Below the pieces are notes generated by a model that searched no databases, was not told the DNA's origin, and worked only from the letters and a program-made list of their open reading frames with translations. From positions 3,392,001-3,456,000 of the forward strand of contig OZ241892.1 of the NCBI GenBank assembly GCA_965203485.1: a stretch of 64,000 nt of DNA. The letters run 5' to 3'. Source of the DNA: Longimicrobiales bacterium. Its GTDB lineage: Bacteria > Gemmatimonadota > Gemmatimonadetes > Longimicrobiales > Gaopeijiaceae. Shown piece after piece: positions 1 to 11,400 of the stretch (within the stretch, counting starts at the first letter, position 1; the number at the start of each line of letters is the position of its first letter). A program made the position numbers and the translations under genes.

Positions 1-748
1 CCAGTTCGGATCCGATCCGGCCCTCGCGGTGGTGTTGCCCGAGGAAGATTCGCCGCCCGTCGCGGGCACGCTTCGCAGGACCGGCGACGAGGTGACTCTG
101 GAGCCTGCCGCCGCCGACTTGCGCGTTCGCGGAGAGGACGGCGATGCCCTCGTGACCGGCCCGCTGACCATGCGCAACGACCGGGCCGACGATCCCACCT
201 GGCTCGTGCTGGGCTCGCTGGGCCTGCGCATCCACGCCGAGATGGGCACCGACCGTCTCTGGCTGCGCGCCTGGGACGAGGACTCGCCCAAGCGCGAGAC
301 GTTCCGTCTGCCGCCGTTCTATCCCGTGGAGCCTTCGTGGCGGATGGTTGCGCGCATGGAGCCCTATGCCGAACCGCGCACGATGCCGCTGGCGGACGTC
401 ACCGACGGCACCGTGGCCAACGTCGCGCAGGGCGAGCTGGTCTTTCGGATCGAGGGCAGGGAGCATCGTCTCGTGGCCTTCGCGACGGAGAAGAGCAAGG
501 ACTACTTCGTCATGCTGTGGGACTCGACGGCGACGGTCGACACGTACCCGGGCGGCCGCTACATGAAAGTGCCCTTTCCGGACGACGACGGCTGGACCGT
601 CATCGACTTCAACCGCGCCTACAATCCGCCGTGCGTCTTCACGCCCTACTCGGTCTGCAGCCTCCCGCCGCGCGAGAGCCGCCTCGAGGCCGCCGTCACG
701 GCGGGCGAGAAGGCGCCGGGCGCGGAAGGGCGAGGCGAGACGCCTTGA
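1..748 (+). CDS. DUF1684 family protein (5' truncated by window edge)
   Basis: Frame open from the window start; C-terminal DUF1684-type motifs D-x-T...TYPGGRY and DFNRAYNPPCVFTPYSVCSLPP...AGEK. Confidence 0.85.
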   Translation, partial: QFGSDPALAVVLPEEDSPPVAGTLRRTGDEVTLEPAAADLRVRGEDGDALVTGPLTMRNDRADDPTWLVLGSLGLRIHAEMGTDRLWLRAWDEDSPKRETFRLPPFYPVEPSWRMVARMEPYAEPRTMPLADVTDGTVANVAQGELVFRIEGREHRLVAFATEKSKDYFVMLWDSTATVDTYPGGRYMKVPFPDDDGWTVIDFNRAYNPPCVFTPYSVCSLPPRESRLEAAVTAGEKAPGAEGRGETP

Positions 749-815
749 ACCGGGCTTCGGCGCCGGCGTCGAGCCTTCCGGCCCGCGTCCCGGCCAGTCG
801 CCGAGGCGAGGCCCC

Positions 816-2243
816 TTGACCCATCGCTCGGCCCAGGCCGTTGCCGCGCGCGTCCGCCGCGGCGAGCTCGCCGCCGTCGAGAACGTGGCCCGGGCCGTGG
901 CTCGTCACGAAGCGAGCGACTTGAACGCATACGTCTGCTTCGACGCCGAACGCGCCTTGGCCCAGGCCGCCGAAATCGACGCGAAGGTCGCCGCCGGCGA
1001 GGACCCCGGCCCGCTTGCGGGCGTCGCCGTGTCGGTCAAGGATTTGTACGGCGTGGAGGGACTGCCGACTCGCGCCGGCTCCAGGCGCGCCCTGCCCGAA
1101 CGCTGGCAGCGCGAAGGGTTCCTGGTGAGGACGTTGCGCTCGCTGGGAGCCGTGATCGTCGGCAAGACCCACACGGTGGAATTCGCGTTCGGCGGCGTGG
1201 GCCTGAATCCGGGCGCGGGCACGCCGGTCAATCCTTGGGACGCCGGCGAGCACCGGGTGCCGGGAGGGTCGTCGTCCGGCGCCGGCGTGAGCCTCTGGGA
1301 GGGATCGGCGCAGCTGGCTCTGGGCTCCGACACGGGCGGCTCGATCCGCATCCCGGCGTCGGCTACGGGCGTGGTCGGCCTGCGCCAGAGCACGGGACGC
1401 TGGCCCGCCGACGGCGTGGTGCCCTTGAGTTCGACCTTGGACACGGTGGGCCTGCTGGCGCGCACCGCGGCCGACCTGCGCTGGGCCTGCGAGGCCATCG
1501 ACGGGACGGCGGAGCTGGAAGCGGGGACGGCGGCCGGCACTGCGCGGTTCGGCGGAAACGGCGTGGCGGGCCTGCGGATCGGCGTCCCCGGATCGTCCTA
1601 CGCCTGGGAGCGCTCGGAGCCCGGCGTCGTGGCGACGGTCCGCCGGGCGCTGGACGAGCTGGAGGCGGCCGGCGCGACCCTCCTCGACATGGACTTGCCC
1701 GAGTTCGACGAAGTCGGCCGGGAGTATCTGGCGGGCGCTATCGTCACGCCGGAGTGCGTCGAGTTCCTCGAGCGCGAGTTGCCGGAATGGCTCGCGATCT
1801 TGGACCCCGTGGTCGGCCAGCGCCTGAAGGACGGCAGGAACACGGCCGCGGCCGACTACGTGCGCGTTCGGCGGCTCCGGCGGCGCGCCTCGGCGGCGGT
1901 CCACGGCAGGATGGATTTCGCGCGCGCGGAGGTGTTGGCCGTGCCGACGCTTCCCGTCGCGCCGCCCACGGTCGAGTCCCTTTCGCAGTTGGACGCCTAT
2001 CGCGAAGCCAACCGCCGGATGCTGTCGTGCACAAGCCCAGCCAGCATGTTGGACATGTGCGCCGTCAGCCTCCCGGCCGGCCTCGATCCCCAGGGGATGC
2101 CGGCAGGCTTGCAACTGGTGGGTCGCAATGGTGCGGACCGGGCCTTGCTGGCTGTGGCCGCGGCTGTGGAAGCGGCGCTGGGCGACGCGCCGGCGCGCTT
2201 GGGGACGCCGCCCCGCCTCGGCAGCGTTCCGCCCTCGGGCTGA
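816..2243 (+). CDS. Amidase signature family protein (GatA-like)
   Basis: VSVKDL, GKTHTVEFAFGG, PGGSSSG and GSDTGGSIRIPAS motifs; TTG start. Confidence 0.9.
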   Translation: MTHRSAQAVAARVRRGELAAVENVARAVARHEASDLNAYVCFDAERALAQAAEIDAKVAAGEDPGPLAGVAVSVKDLYGVEGLPTRAGSRRALPERWQREGFLVRTLRSLGAVIVGKTHTVEFAFGGVGLNPGAGTPVNPWDAGEHRVPGGSSSGAGVSLWEGSAQLALGSDTGGSIRIPASATGVVGLRQSTGRWPADGVVPLSSTLDTVGLLARTAADLRWACEAIDGTAELEAGTAAGTARFGGNGVAGLRIGVPGSSYAWERSEPGVVATVRRALDELEAAGATLLDMDLPEFDEVGREYLAGAIVTPECVEFLERELPEWLAILDPVVGQRLKDGRNTAAADYVRVRRLRRRASAAVHGRMDFARAEVLAVPTLPVAPPTVESLSQLDAYREANRRMLSCTSPASMLDMCAVSLPAGLDPQGMPAGLQLVGRNGADRALLAVAAAVEAALGDAPARLGTPPRLGSVPPSG

Positions 2244-2268
2244 TCGCGGAGTTCGGGCGCGCCGGAGC

Positions 2269-3225
2269 ATGGCGAACCGGGGGCGGCGGCGGTACGGCGA
2301 CGGGTCGTCCGCGGGCGCCCCGGTGCCTCGCGACAGGTCGAGAGCGAGATGGCGTGCCGTTCGGCTTCGGCTCCGCTCGAGCATCCGCCGCCGGAAGAAG
2401 GCCGCCGGAGCGTTGCTGCGGTTGGCGATTGTCGTGGCGGTTGTCGCGTGGGCCGCGCTTTGGCTGGCCACGAGGTCGTCCCAGGAGTTGCGGGTCACCT
2501 TCTTGGACGTGGGGCAGGGAGACGCGGTGCTGATCCAGGCGCCGGGAGGAAAGACGGCGCTGGTGGACGCGGGGCGCGCGTCTTCAGTGGTGCCCGAGCT
2601 TCGCCGTCTCGGCGTGCGGCACATCGACCTTCTCGTCGCCACCCACGCCCACGCGGACCACATCGGCGGCATGGACGACGTGCTGGAGCGCTTCCGCGTG
2701 CGCAACTTCATGGACAACGGTCTGCCGTACACGACGCAGGCCTACGAGCGCCTGATGAAGGCGGTCGAGGACGAGCGCGGCATGGCCTATCTGCGCGCGG
2801 AGCCGCGCACGTTGGCGCTCGGCGGCGCGTCCGTCGAAGTGCTTCCGATGCCCGGCGGCTTCTCCGACCAGAACAACCGATCGGTCGCGCTGGTGGTTCG
2901 CTACGGCGACTTCTCGGTCTTCTTGAGCGGCGATTCGGAGACGGGCCAGTTGTGCTTCATGGAGAGACGCGGCCTAGTGCCGAACGTGACGGCGCTCAAG
3001 GCGCCGCACCACGGCTCCGGGAATGGGTTCACGCCGGGCTTTCTCGACGCGGCCCGGCCCGAGGTGATCGTCGTGTCGGTGGGGCGCAACGCCTACGGCC
3101 ATCCCAGCGACGCGGCGATTTCGGCGTTCGAGGCGGTTGCCGCGACCGTGATCAGGACCGACCAAGCCGGCGCGGTCACGGTGGCGGGCCGCCGGAGCGG
3201 CGCCTACGAGGTCGAGCGGCGATGA
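2269..3225 (+). CDS. ComEC/Rec2-type metallo-beta-lactamase fold protein with N-terminal TM helix
   Basis: FLDVGQGD, THAHADHIGG, NNRS and APHHGS motifs; start chosen at ATG 2269 (uncertain). Confidence 0.85.
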   Translation: MANRGRRRYGDGSSAGAPVPRDRSRARWRAVRLRLRSSIRRRKKAAGALLRLAIVVAVVAWAALWLATRSSQELRVTFLDVGQGDAVLIQAPGGKTALVDAGRASSVVPELRRLGVRHIDLLVATHAHADHIGGMDDVLERFRVRNFMDNGLPYTTQAYERLMKAVEDERGMAYLRAEPRTLALGGASVEVLPMPGGFSDQNNRSVALVVRYGDFSVFLSGDSETGQLCFMERRGLVPNVTALKAPHHGSGNGFTPGFLDAARPEVIVVSVGRNAYGHPSDAAISAFEAVAATVIRTDQAGAVTVAGRRSGAYEVERR

Positions 3226-3521
3226 GCGGCATGCGCGGCGGCGCCTGCTCCGGGCGCGTCTACGTGGTGGACCGGATCGAGGGAAGCGTCGCCGTTCTCG
3301 TGCCGGACGACGATGCGTTTCCGGACGAAGACGTGCCCGTCGCCGTTCTTCGGGTGCGTCCGTCGGAAGGCGACGTGCTGCGGGTTCCGTTGCGCGGCGA
3401 TGCGCCCGTCTGGGCGGAGGCCGTGGCCGATCCGCAACTGCGCGCCGAGCGCCTGACCGCGGCCCGGCGACGGCTGGAGCGGCTGGCGAAGCGCGACCCG
3501 GGCGGCGACGTAGCGCTTTGA
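3222..3521 (+). CDS. DUF3006 family protein
   Basis: VVDRIEGSVAVL...EGDVL pattern; ATGA overlap with the ComEC-like gene, its usual neighbour. Confidence 0.75.
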   Translation: MSGMRGGACSGRVYVVDRIEGSVAVLVPDDDAFPDEDVPVAVLRVRPSEGDVLRVPLRGDAPVWAEAVADPQLRAERLTAARRRLERLAKRDPGGDVAL

Positions 3522-3614
3522 CGATTCGGCACGGGCGACGCTGGTGCGGAAACCGGCGAGCGACCCTGCCGCGGTTGGTGCGACCGCCGTGATGGCCAGC
3601 CCCCGGCGACGACG

Positions 3615-4967
3615 CTAGTTCACCTCCGTCGGCAAACGCACCACCCGGATCATCTCCACGTCGTACTCGCCCAACTCGACGTATGCCGCCAGCCCTCCGG
3701 GGCCGAACGCGTCCGGGACGCGCGTGCTCGGCGGATAGGTGCCGACGTACCCGCCCTCGGACGAGAGCACGTCCAAGAAGCCGTCCGGGCTTCCGTCTTC
3801 TGCGCTTCGTCGCACCCAGATGCGCCCGTTCCACGTCGTGCGCAGACCACGCACGACGGACACTTCCTCGTAGAACTCGGCCTCCTCGATGAACTTCCTG
3901 CGTCGCTCGGGGTTCGGCCTGGCGTTGATGACTATCATGCCCCCGCTGAACCGTCGGTTCTCGCCGTCTTCCTCCTGGACGGCTTCGAGTTCCTGCAGCT
4001 GTCGCTCCCTCCAAGCTCGCTCGACGCGGCCGGTCACGGGGAGGGGCGGGATGGGCCGCGTAAGAGTGCGGATCACGCCTTCTCCCTCGCGGGCGATCTT
4101 GATCGCGTAGGTCGTGGAGTCCGCAAGCGCGACCGTCCCGTCGGGCAAGGGGCCAGCGTGGAGACGGGGCTCGAAGACGGGCGGACGCTGGCTTCGCAGG
4201 GAGCCGATGATCTGGTCGGCGCCCTGGATTTGAATGCCCGGCGGCAACTCGATCTTCCCAGCGTCGGTCATCGTGGTCTGCGGCGTCCATGCATGTGCGA
4301 CCGTGGTCGTGCTCGCTTCGTCTCCGTCCAGAAGCACTCGTTCGACGAGACGCTCGGAACGGCCGGACTCCGCGGAGTTGCCACCAGCGCCAGCCGAAAT
4401 GGTGACCGTCGCGCCGCGGTCTTCGACAGCGATCAACGCCAAACTGCTGGGGTCGGCCACTCCTTCCTTAAGGGCCGACAGTCGCGCCATGCCCGCGGCC
4501 ATTTCCGTGCCTGTGTCCGTGCCCGTGCCCGTGCTCACCATGCGTTCGTATTCGCCGTCGGGGCCGAACACCACGTAGGCGCCGTGTCCGATGTCCGTGA
4601 TCACCACGCGCCCGTCCCGCATCACGGCCATGGACCTGGCAAAGCGCAGCTCGCCGGGCCCGTCGCCCGGCCCGCCGAACCTTCGCACCAAGCGTCCCTC
4701 CGGGCTCACGACGACGATCTCCATCGTCTGCGAGTCGAAGACGTAGAGATTGCCCTCGCGGTCGAAGCCAGTGTAGCTGATGTCGCCGAATTGCTCCCAG
4801 TCGGCGCCGCCGATCGCGCCGACGCGGTACGCCTCCGCGAATTCCGATTCGAGCGCCACGTCTTCGCCAGGCAGTTCCATGACTTCCTGGGCCGTTGCCG
4901 GTGCGGCGACCGCTCCAAGGGACGCGGCCACCGCCGCCGCCGTTGCAAAGGTTGCTGGGCTCGTCAT
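3615..4967 (-). CDS. Secreted 6-bladed beta-propeller protein (paralogue A1)
   Basis: Signal peptide ending ATA-QE, G-x-GDGPGE blade motif, GGAGGAG RBS before ATG 4967; paralogous to 21999-23378. Confidence 0.75.
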   Translation of the reverse strand: MTSPATFATAAAVAASLGAVAAPATAQEVMELPGEDVALESEFAEAYRVGAIGGADWEQFGDISYTGFDREGNLYVFDSQTMEIVVVSPEGRLVRRFGGPGDGPGELRFARSMAVMRDGRVVITDIGHGAYVVFGPDGEYERMVSTGTGTDTGTEMAAGMARLSALKEGVADPSSLALIAVEDRGATVTISAGAGGNSAESGRSERLVERVLLDGDEASTTTVAHAWTPQTTMTDAGKIELPPGIQIQGADQIIGSLRSQRPPVFEPRLHAGPLPDGTVALADSTTYAIKIAREGEGVIRTLTRPIPPLPVTGRVERAWRERQLQELEAVQEEDGENRRFSGGMIVINARPNPERRRKFIEEAEFYEEVSVVRGLRTTWNGRIWVRRSAEDGSPDGFLDVLSSEGGYVGTYPPSTRVPDAFGPGGLAAYVELGEYDVEMIRVVRLPTEVN

Positions 4968-5408
4968 TGCGACTCCTCCGTCTTTGATGGATCGTGGTGC
5001 GAACATCGGGCTGTTTCGCCGACTCGCGAGACGCTGAGCGCTTTGATGCTGCTTTTCGTCGTACGGTTGCCCTGGCTCCTCGTCGTTCGGCTGTGCCGGT
5101 CACCGTTGCTCGCGCTCAACGCCTCGCGGCGCAGCAGGTCCTCACGTCGCCCGTCACCTTGGTCGGCCGAACCTCGACGCGCACCGACTTGTTGAACCGA
5201 AACGGCCCCTTCATTATCATCACCTCGGCGTTGCGTGCGACAGGTCGCCGGTTCTCGGCGTGGCACCTTCAACCTACTGGCCTTGCCGCCGCACGCCACC
5301 CCCTTCACCGCGCCCTTCGTAAATGCAACACCTCATTCCGGCTCTCGTGCTTTGAGACACGAAGCGGAGATTTCGTGAGCGAGGCCGATGCCGCCGAGGT
5401 TGGCCGGG

Positions 5409-8400
5409 ATGATGACGGCGAGAGCACAGGCGGCGATGCCCGGCATCCGCGCTGAGGCCGGGGCCGTTCGGGCGGGGATGCTTTTCGCCGTCGTGCTGGC
5501 GTCGTCGCTTGTTGCGGCGTTGCCGGGCGGGGCGGGGGCGCAGTCGGCGGCGCCGGCGGTGCAGCGCATCGTGTTTCTCGGCTTGGAGGCGGGGGACAGC
5601 ACGTACTTTCGGGGCGAAGCGGTCAAGGTGCGCGTCGTGTTCGACAAGCGTGTCGCGGTGGGGACCGCGAACGGGGCGCCGTACTTGGAGCTGGCGGTCG
5701 GGACGGCGACCCGGCGGGCGTCGTTCGTCAGGTCGAAGCGCAACGCGCTGGACTTTTCGTACATGGTGCAGCGCGCCGACGTGGACAGCGACGGCGTCGG
5801 CGTGCCTGCGGGCGCTCTGACGCCGAACGGGGCGACGATCAAGGCGGAGACGGACGCGGCGACCGACGCGAACGTAGCGCACGGCGCCGTGGCGGGCGGC
5901 TTGGGGCGCAAGGTGGACGGAAGCAAGGTTCGGCCGCCCGAGGTGCAGCGGGTCTTGTTCACGGGCCCGGTGGCCGAGGACAGCACGCACTATCGCGGGG
6001 AGACGATCGGCGTGCGGGTCCTGTTCAAGGAGGACGTGGTGGTGGAGACGGCGGGCGGGCGGCCGCGAGTGGCGCTGGCGGTCGGGTCGCGGACGAGGCA
6101 CGCGGCGATGACGCAGTGGCGCCGGAACCGCATCGACTTCTCGTACACGGTTCAGACGGGCGACGCGGACGCGGACGGCGTGGAGATTGCGGCGAACGCC
6201 TTGGGGCTGAACGGGGGTACGGTCAAGTCGGCGCTGGACAGCGCGACGAGCGCGGTTCTGGCGCACGGGCGCGTGGCGGGCGGCTTGGCGCGCAAGGTGG
6301 ACGGAAGCAAGGTTCGGCCGCCGAAGGCGAGCAGCGTGGCGTTCGACAACTTGCCGGCGGGCGGCGACACGTACGGGTACGGGGAGAGGATCGTGGTCCG
6401 GGTGGCGTTCGACCGTGCGGTGGTGGTGAGCACGGCGGGCGGGACGCCGCGCTTGGCGCTGAAGATCGGAGCGGTCGTGCGGCACGCGGTGCTGTCGGAC
6501 ACGGCTGGGACGTACACGCGGCTGCTGTTTTCGTACGCGGTGCAGGGAAGCGACGCGGCTCCGCGGGGAGCGAGCATCGGGGCGAACGCGCTGGAGTTGA
6601 ACGGCGGGTCGGTCAAGGCGGGCGCGGACGGCGCGACGGACGCGGTTCTGGCGCACGGCGCCGTTGCGGCGGACGCGGCGCGCAAGGTGGACGGTCGCCG
6701 CGGGCGGCCGCCGAAGGTGGACGGGGTTTCGTTCGCGGGCTCGGCTCCCGGCGACAGCACGTACCGGCACGGGGACTCGATCGTCGTGCGGGTGGGCTTC
6801 GACGAGTCGGTCGCGGTGGACGTGGCGAACGGGAAGCCGCAAGTGGCGTTGGCGGTCGGGACGGTCGTGCGGCAGGCGGTCTTCTCGGCGCACTCGGGCA
6901 AGACGGTGGAGTTCGTGTACGTGGTGCAGTCGGCGGACCGGGACTTGGACGGAGCGAGCGTCGGGGCGAACGCGCTGGCGCTGAACGGCGGTTCCATCAC
7001 GGGCGCGGCCGACGGCGCTGTTGCGGCGGAGGTGACCCACGACGCGGTGGCGGCGGACGCGACCCGCAAGGTGGACGGACGGCCCCGAATCGTGAGCCTG
7101 AAGTTCGTCGGCACGGAGCCGACGCAGGGCCTTTACAAGTTCGACGAGACGATGTTGATTCAGGTGCACTTCGATCAGAAGCTGACGTCGGAAAGAAGGA
7201 TTTGGCTGTTGGCCGTAGTGGGAACGGACACCGTGCGAGTACCTTCCAGGCTACGACTTAGGCTGGGGGATAGTGCGATCGCCTTCTTCCATCGGGTTAA
7301 GCGCGAAGACCGGGACGCGGACGGCGTGAGCGTGCCGAAAGGCGCCCTGGTCCTGAACGGCAGCACGCTGAAGGCGGCGTCGGACGGCACGACGGACGCA
7401 AACCTGGAGCATGGAGGACTCGCAACCGACAGCAGTCGCAGAGTGGACGGCAGCTTGACGCCGACTCCTAGGCTTCGGATCAGGTTCGCCAACTCGCCTG
7501 CAAGAGGCGCCACGTATACGCGAAACGAAAGGATACGTGTCTTCGCCTCTTATCAAGTCGGCGTAGTCGTCAAAGGCAATCCACGGTTGAACTTGAACGT
7601 GGGAACTCGGACGTTGCAATTGGCGATCAACGCCACCGAGGGCAGCAACTTGATCTTCGAACACATCGTGCAGGCGGGAGACGTGGACGCGGACGGCATC
7701 AGCATACCGGCGAACGCGCTGTTCCTGCCGAGCGGGACGGCGATCCGGTCGGCGGCCGACACGACCATCGCAGCGCTTCTGTCGAACGACTCGGTGTCGG
7801 CCGATCCGCAACGGAAAGTGGACGGGCGAAGGGTCGACGCGGCGAACGTGCAGTCCATCGCCGTCGTTCCGAATCCGTCGCGCGACGACACGTACACGCG
7901 AGGCGAGATCTTCTACGTGTACGTGTCGTTCGACCGGGACGTGGCGGTGGACACGACGGCAGGCCGGCCGCGGATCGCGCTCGGCATCGGGAACTCGACA
8001 CGCTATGCGGCGTATTCCAATCCCAAACCCGGAAAGCCTTGGCAACAGTCTTTCCGCTACGTGGTGCAGGCGGGAGACCGCGACACGGACGGCATCAGCA
8101 TACCGGCGAACGCCTTGTCGGCGAACGGCGGCTCGATCACCTTGCCTGGCGACACGACGCGCGCGGCGCTGTCGCACGGCACGGCAAGCTTCCGGCACAT
8201 GGTGAACGGCAATCGGGCGAGCGCTCCGCATGTGCGAGCATTGTCGATCAAGGCTCCGTTGAACGGGGACACGTACTTGCGGGGCGAGCGAATCCAAGTG
8301 TCGGCCGGCATGGACCGGGTGCCGTCAGTGGACACCGACAGAGGCACGCCCCAGATGGCGATCCAAGTCGGGGACTCGACACGGTACGCAAAGTACGTGA

Positions 8401-11400
8401 GCGGCCTGACCTATCTCCGTTTCGACTACGTGGTGCAACGGACGGATGTGGACACGGACGGCGTCAGCATCGCGGCCAACGCGCTGTCGGCGAACGGCGG
8501 CGCGATCACTTCGCCGGGCGACACGACGCGGGCTGTCCTGACGCACCACGCGGTGCAGGCGAACTGGGCGTACAAGGTGGACGGGCGACGCGTGGATCCG
8601 GCCAAGATACAGTCGATCGCCGTGATTCCGCATCCCTCGCGCGACAGCACCTACACGCGGGACGAACTGATCTACGTGTACGTGTCGTTCGACCGGGACG
8701 TGGCTGTGGCCACGACGGGCGGACGGCCCCGGATCGCGCTCGCCATCGGGGATTCGACACGGTACGCGACGTACTCGCATCTGTACGGACGATACCCATC
8801 GTCGCGACACGTATTCCGCTACGCAGTGCAGGCGGGAGACCAGGACGCGGACGGCATCAGCATCGCGGCGAACGCCTTGTCGGCGAACGGCGGTTCGGTC
8901 ACTGCGCCGGACGACACGGTGGCGGCGGACCTGTCGCACGGACCGTTGGCGGCTGACTCGGCGTACAAGGTGAACGGCAGTCGCATCGGCGCTCCGCGCG
9001 TCCAGGCGATGTGGTCGCTCCCGCCAGCGAGCGGGAACACGTACGTGCGAGGCGAGCGGATCAGGATGAGGGTGTCCTTCGACCGGCGGACTTCGGCGGA
9101 CACGGTCGGAGGTCGGCCCCGGTTGGCGATCCGCATAGGGGACTCGACGCGCTACGCGACGGGTTGGAACATGCCGGCCACGGGTATTGTCTTCGACTTC
9201 GTCTACGTGGTGCAGCGGACGGACGTGGACACGGACGGGATCAGCGTAGGAGCGAACGCGCTGTCGGCGAACGGCGGCTCGATCACCTTGCCGGGCAGCA
9301 CGATGCCCGCCGTCCTGGCGCACGACTCCATGCCGGCGGACTTGTCGCGCAGGGTGGACGGGCGGCGGACGTCCATCCGGGCCGGCCGGAACCACGCGCC
9401 CACCGTCGTGGCGCCCATCCCCGCGAGGGTCGTTGAGGTCGCAAGCGATCCGGCGGCGGAGGAGCTGTCGGCGTACTTTCGGGACCCCGACGGCGACCCG
9501 CTGGCCTATTCCGCGGTCTCGGCCGCGCAACGAGTAGCGGACGTGGAGATTGCGGGCAGCGTCTTGACGATTCGGCCGCTGGCCGTGGGCCGGTCCGTCG
9601 TGACCGTCGGGGCGGCGGACCCGGGGGGCGGCGAAGCGGAGCAGAGCTTCTTGGTGACGGTGGAGGCGTCGCGGTCGGGCCGGGCCAGGATCCTGAAGCG
9701 ATCGCTGGCGGCGTTCGGTCGAGCCGTGGGAACCGAGACGGTCGAAGCGATAGGCGGGCGGCTCGAGACGGCGGACGAACCGGGCGCAATGGGCGGACCG
9801 GATGTGCAGGTGGGGGGCCGCTCGCTCGCGTGCGTTGGCGCGTCGGGCTCTCGGGGTTGCGGGTTGCAGGAGCTGGCGCGCCAGGCGGCGGGTCTCGTTG
9901 GGTTGCGGGTCTCGCGGGGAGCGGGCAGTCTCGCGTCGTTGCTGCACGCCGTTGCGGAGGGCGGCCACGACGCCGGCGCCGTGCGCGGGCTGGTGGGGGC
10001 GTTCGGCCGGCCGGCGGACGCCGGCGCGGTCAACGGTCTCGGAACGCCGCACGGATTCGGCGCAGTCGGCGGTTCCGCAGCGCCGGGCGGATTCGGCGCT
10101 GTGGACGGTCGCGGCGTTGCTCATGGAGTCGCGGACGCCGGTGGTCGCGGCGACAGCCGTCGCTGGGGCCGGTTGGTCAGCATCGATCCGTTGTCGCGCA
10201 GACGAGCGCTGGCGCGGTCTTCCTTCCGGTTCTCGCCGGGCGCCGCCGGCCGAGCCGTGCCGGGCGGATGGACGTTCTGGGGCCAAGCCAATGCCGGCGG
10301 CTTCAAGGGCCGGCCCGACGACGATCTCGCGCTGGACGGAACGGTGCGGTCGGCCTACTTGGGCGCCGACTACCGGTTCGGGCGCGGGCCGCTGGTGGGC
10401 CTTGCGCTGTCCCGCGCGACGAGTTCGATCGGCTTCGAGAGCGGCGTCGCCGGGGCCGGCGCGGTGGATGCGCGCCTGACGGGCTTGTATCCGTACGTCC
10501 AGTGGTCTCCTCGCAAGGGCTTGAGCGCGTGGGGGTTGCTGGGAGCGGGCCGGGGAACGGCGAGCATGTCGGAGGACGCGACGGGCCGCCGGTTCGAGAC
10601 GCGCATGAGGATGCTGATGACGGCGGCGGGCGCGCGCCGGAGGCTCGTGGGCGTGCTCGCGTTCAAGGCGGACGCGTTCGTGGTGCGCACCGATGCCGGG
10701 GAGTTGCCGGACTTGCCGGGCGTCGCCGCCACTGTGCACCGGTTGCGTCTCGCGCCGGAGATCGGCGGGCGCTGGGCCGTGTCGGAGCGGTCGTCGATCA
10801 GCTCGGAGGTCGAGTTGGGGGCGCGCTTCGACGGCGGGGACGCGGAGACGGGCGCCGGGGCCGAAGCCGGCGCGAGGCTCGCGTATGCGCACGAGGGCGC
10901 CGGGCTGAGCGTGGACGTGCGCGGGCGGGCGCTGGTGGCGCACCAGGCGGCAGGCTTCGAGGACTGGGGCGCCAGCGTGTCGGTTCGCCTGCGGCCGGGC
11001 CGCGACGAAGGGGGCCTGTCGTTCGCGCTCGAGCCGGCCTGGGGCAACGCTGCAAGCGGAACGGCGGCGTTGTGGCGCGACGGAGCAGTCGGCGGCGCGC
11101 TCGGCGCGTCGTTGGGACGCGCACCGGCTGGGGACGCAATGGAGGCGGCGATTCCAGGCTGGAAGGCAAGCCGAATCAACATGGAAACGGCCTATGCGAT
11201 CGTGTTGCCGGACGGCGGCCGGGTCGCTCCGTTCGGCCGATTGGCGGTCGAGAACGGATCGGGGCGCCGCATCAACGTGGGAATCCGCCTGTCCACGCTC
11301 GGGGCGTCCGCCGATGCGGCGCCCAAGGTTCGGGCGACGATCGACCTGTTCGGCGAGCATGTGTCGCGCGGCGCCGAGCCCGCCGACCGCAGGCTGGGCG

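Noticed and set aside
2269..3225. Complete ComEC DNA uptake channel
   Set aside because: Only the MBL domain with one TM helix; no multi-pass competence domain
4505..4535. CCGTGC-like hexamer run in propeller A1
   Set aside because: In-frame, degenerate Thr-Gly linker with no frame effect
7085..8600. Diversity-generating retroelement as the source of autotransporter variation
   Set aside because: No reverse transcriptase or short template repeat in the window; differences include indels and changes at non-adenine positions over 1.5 kb
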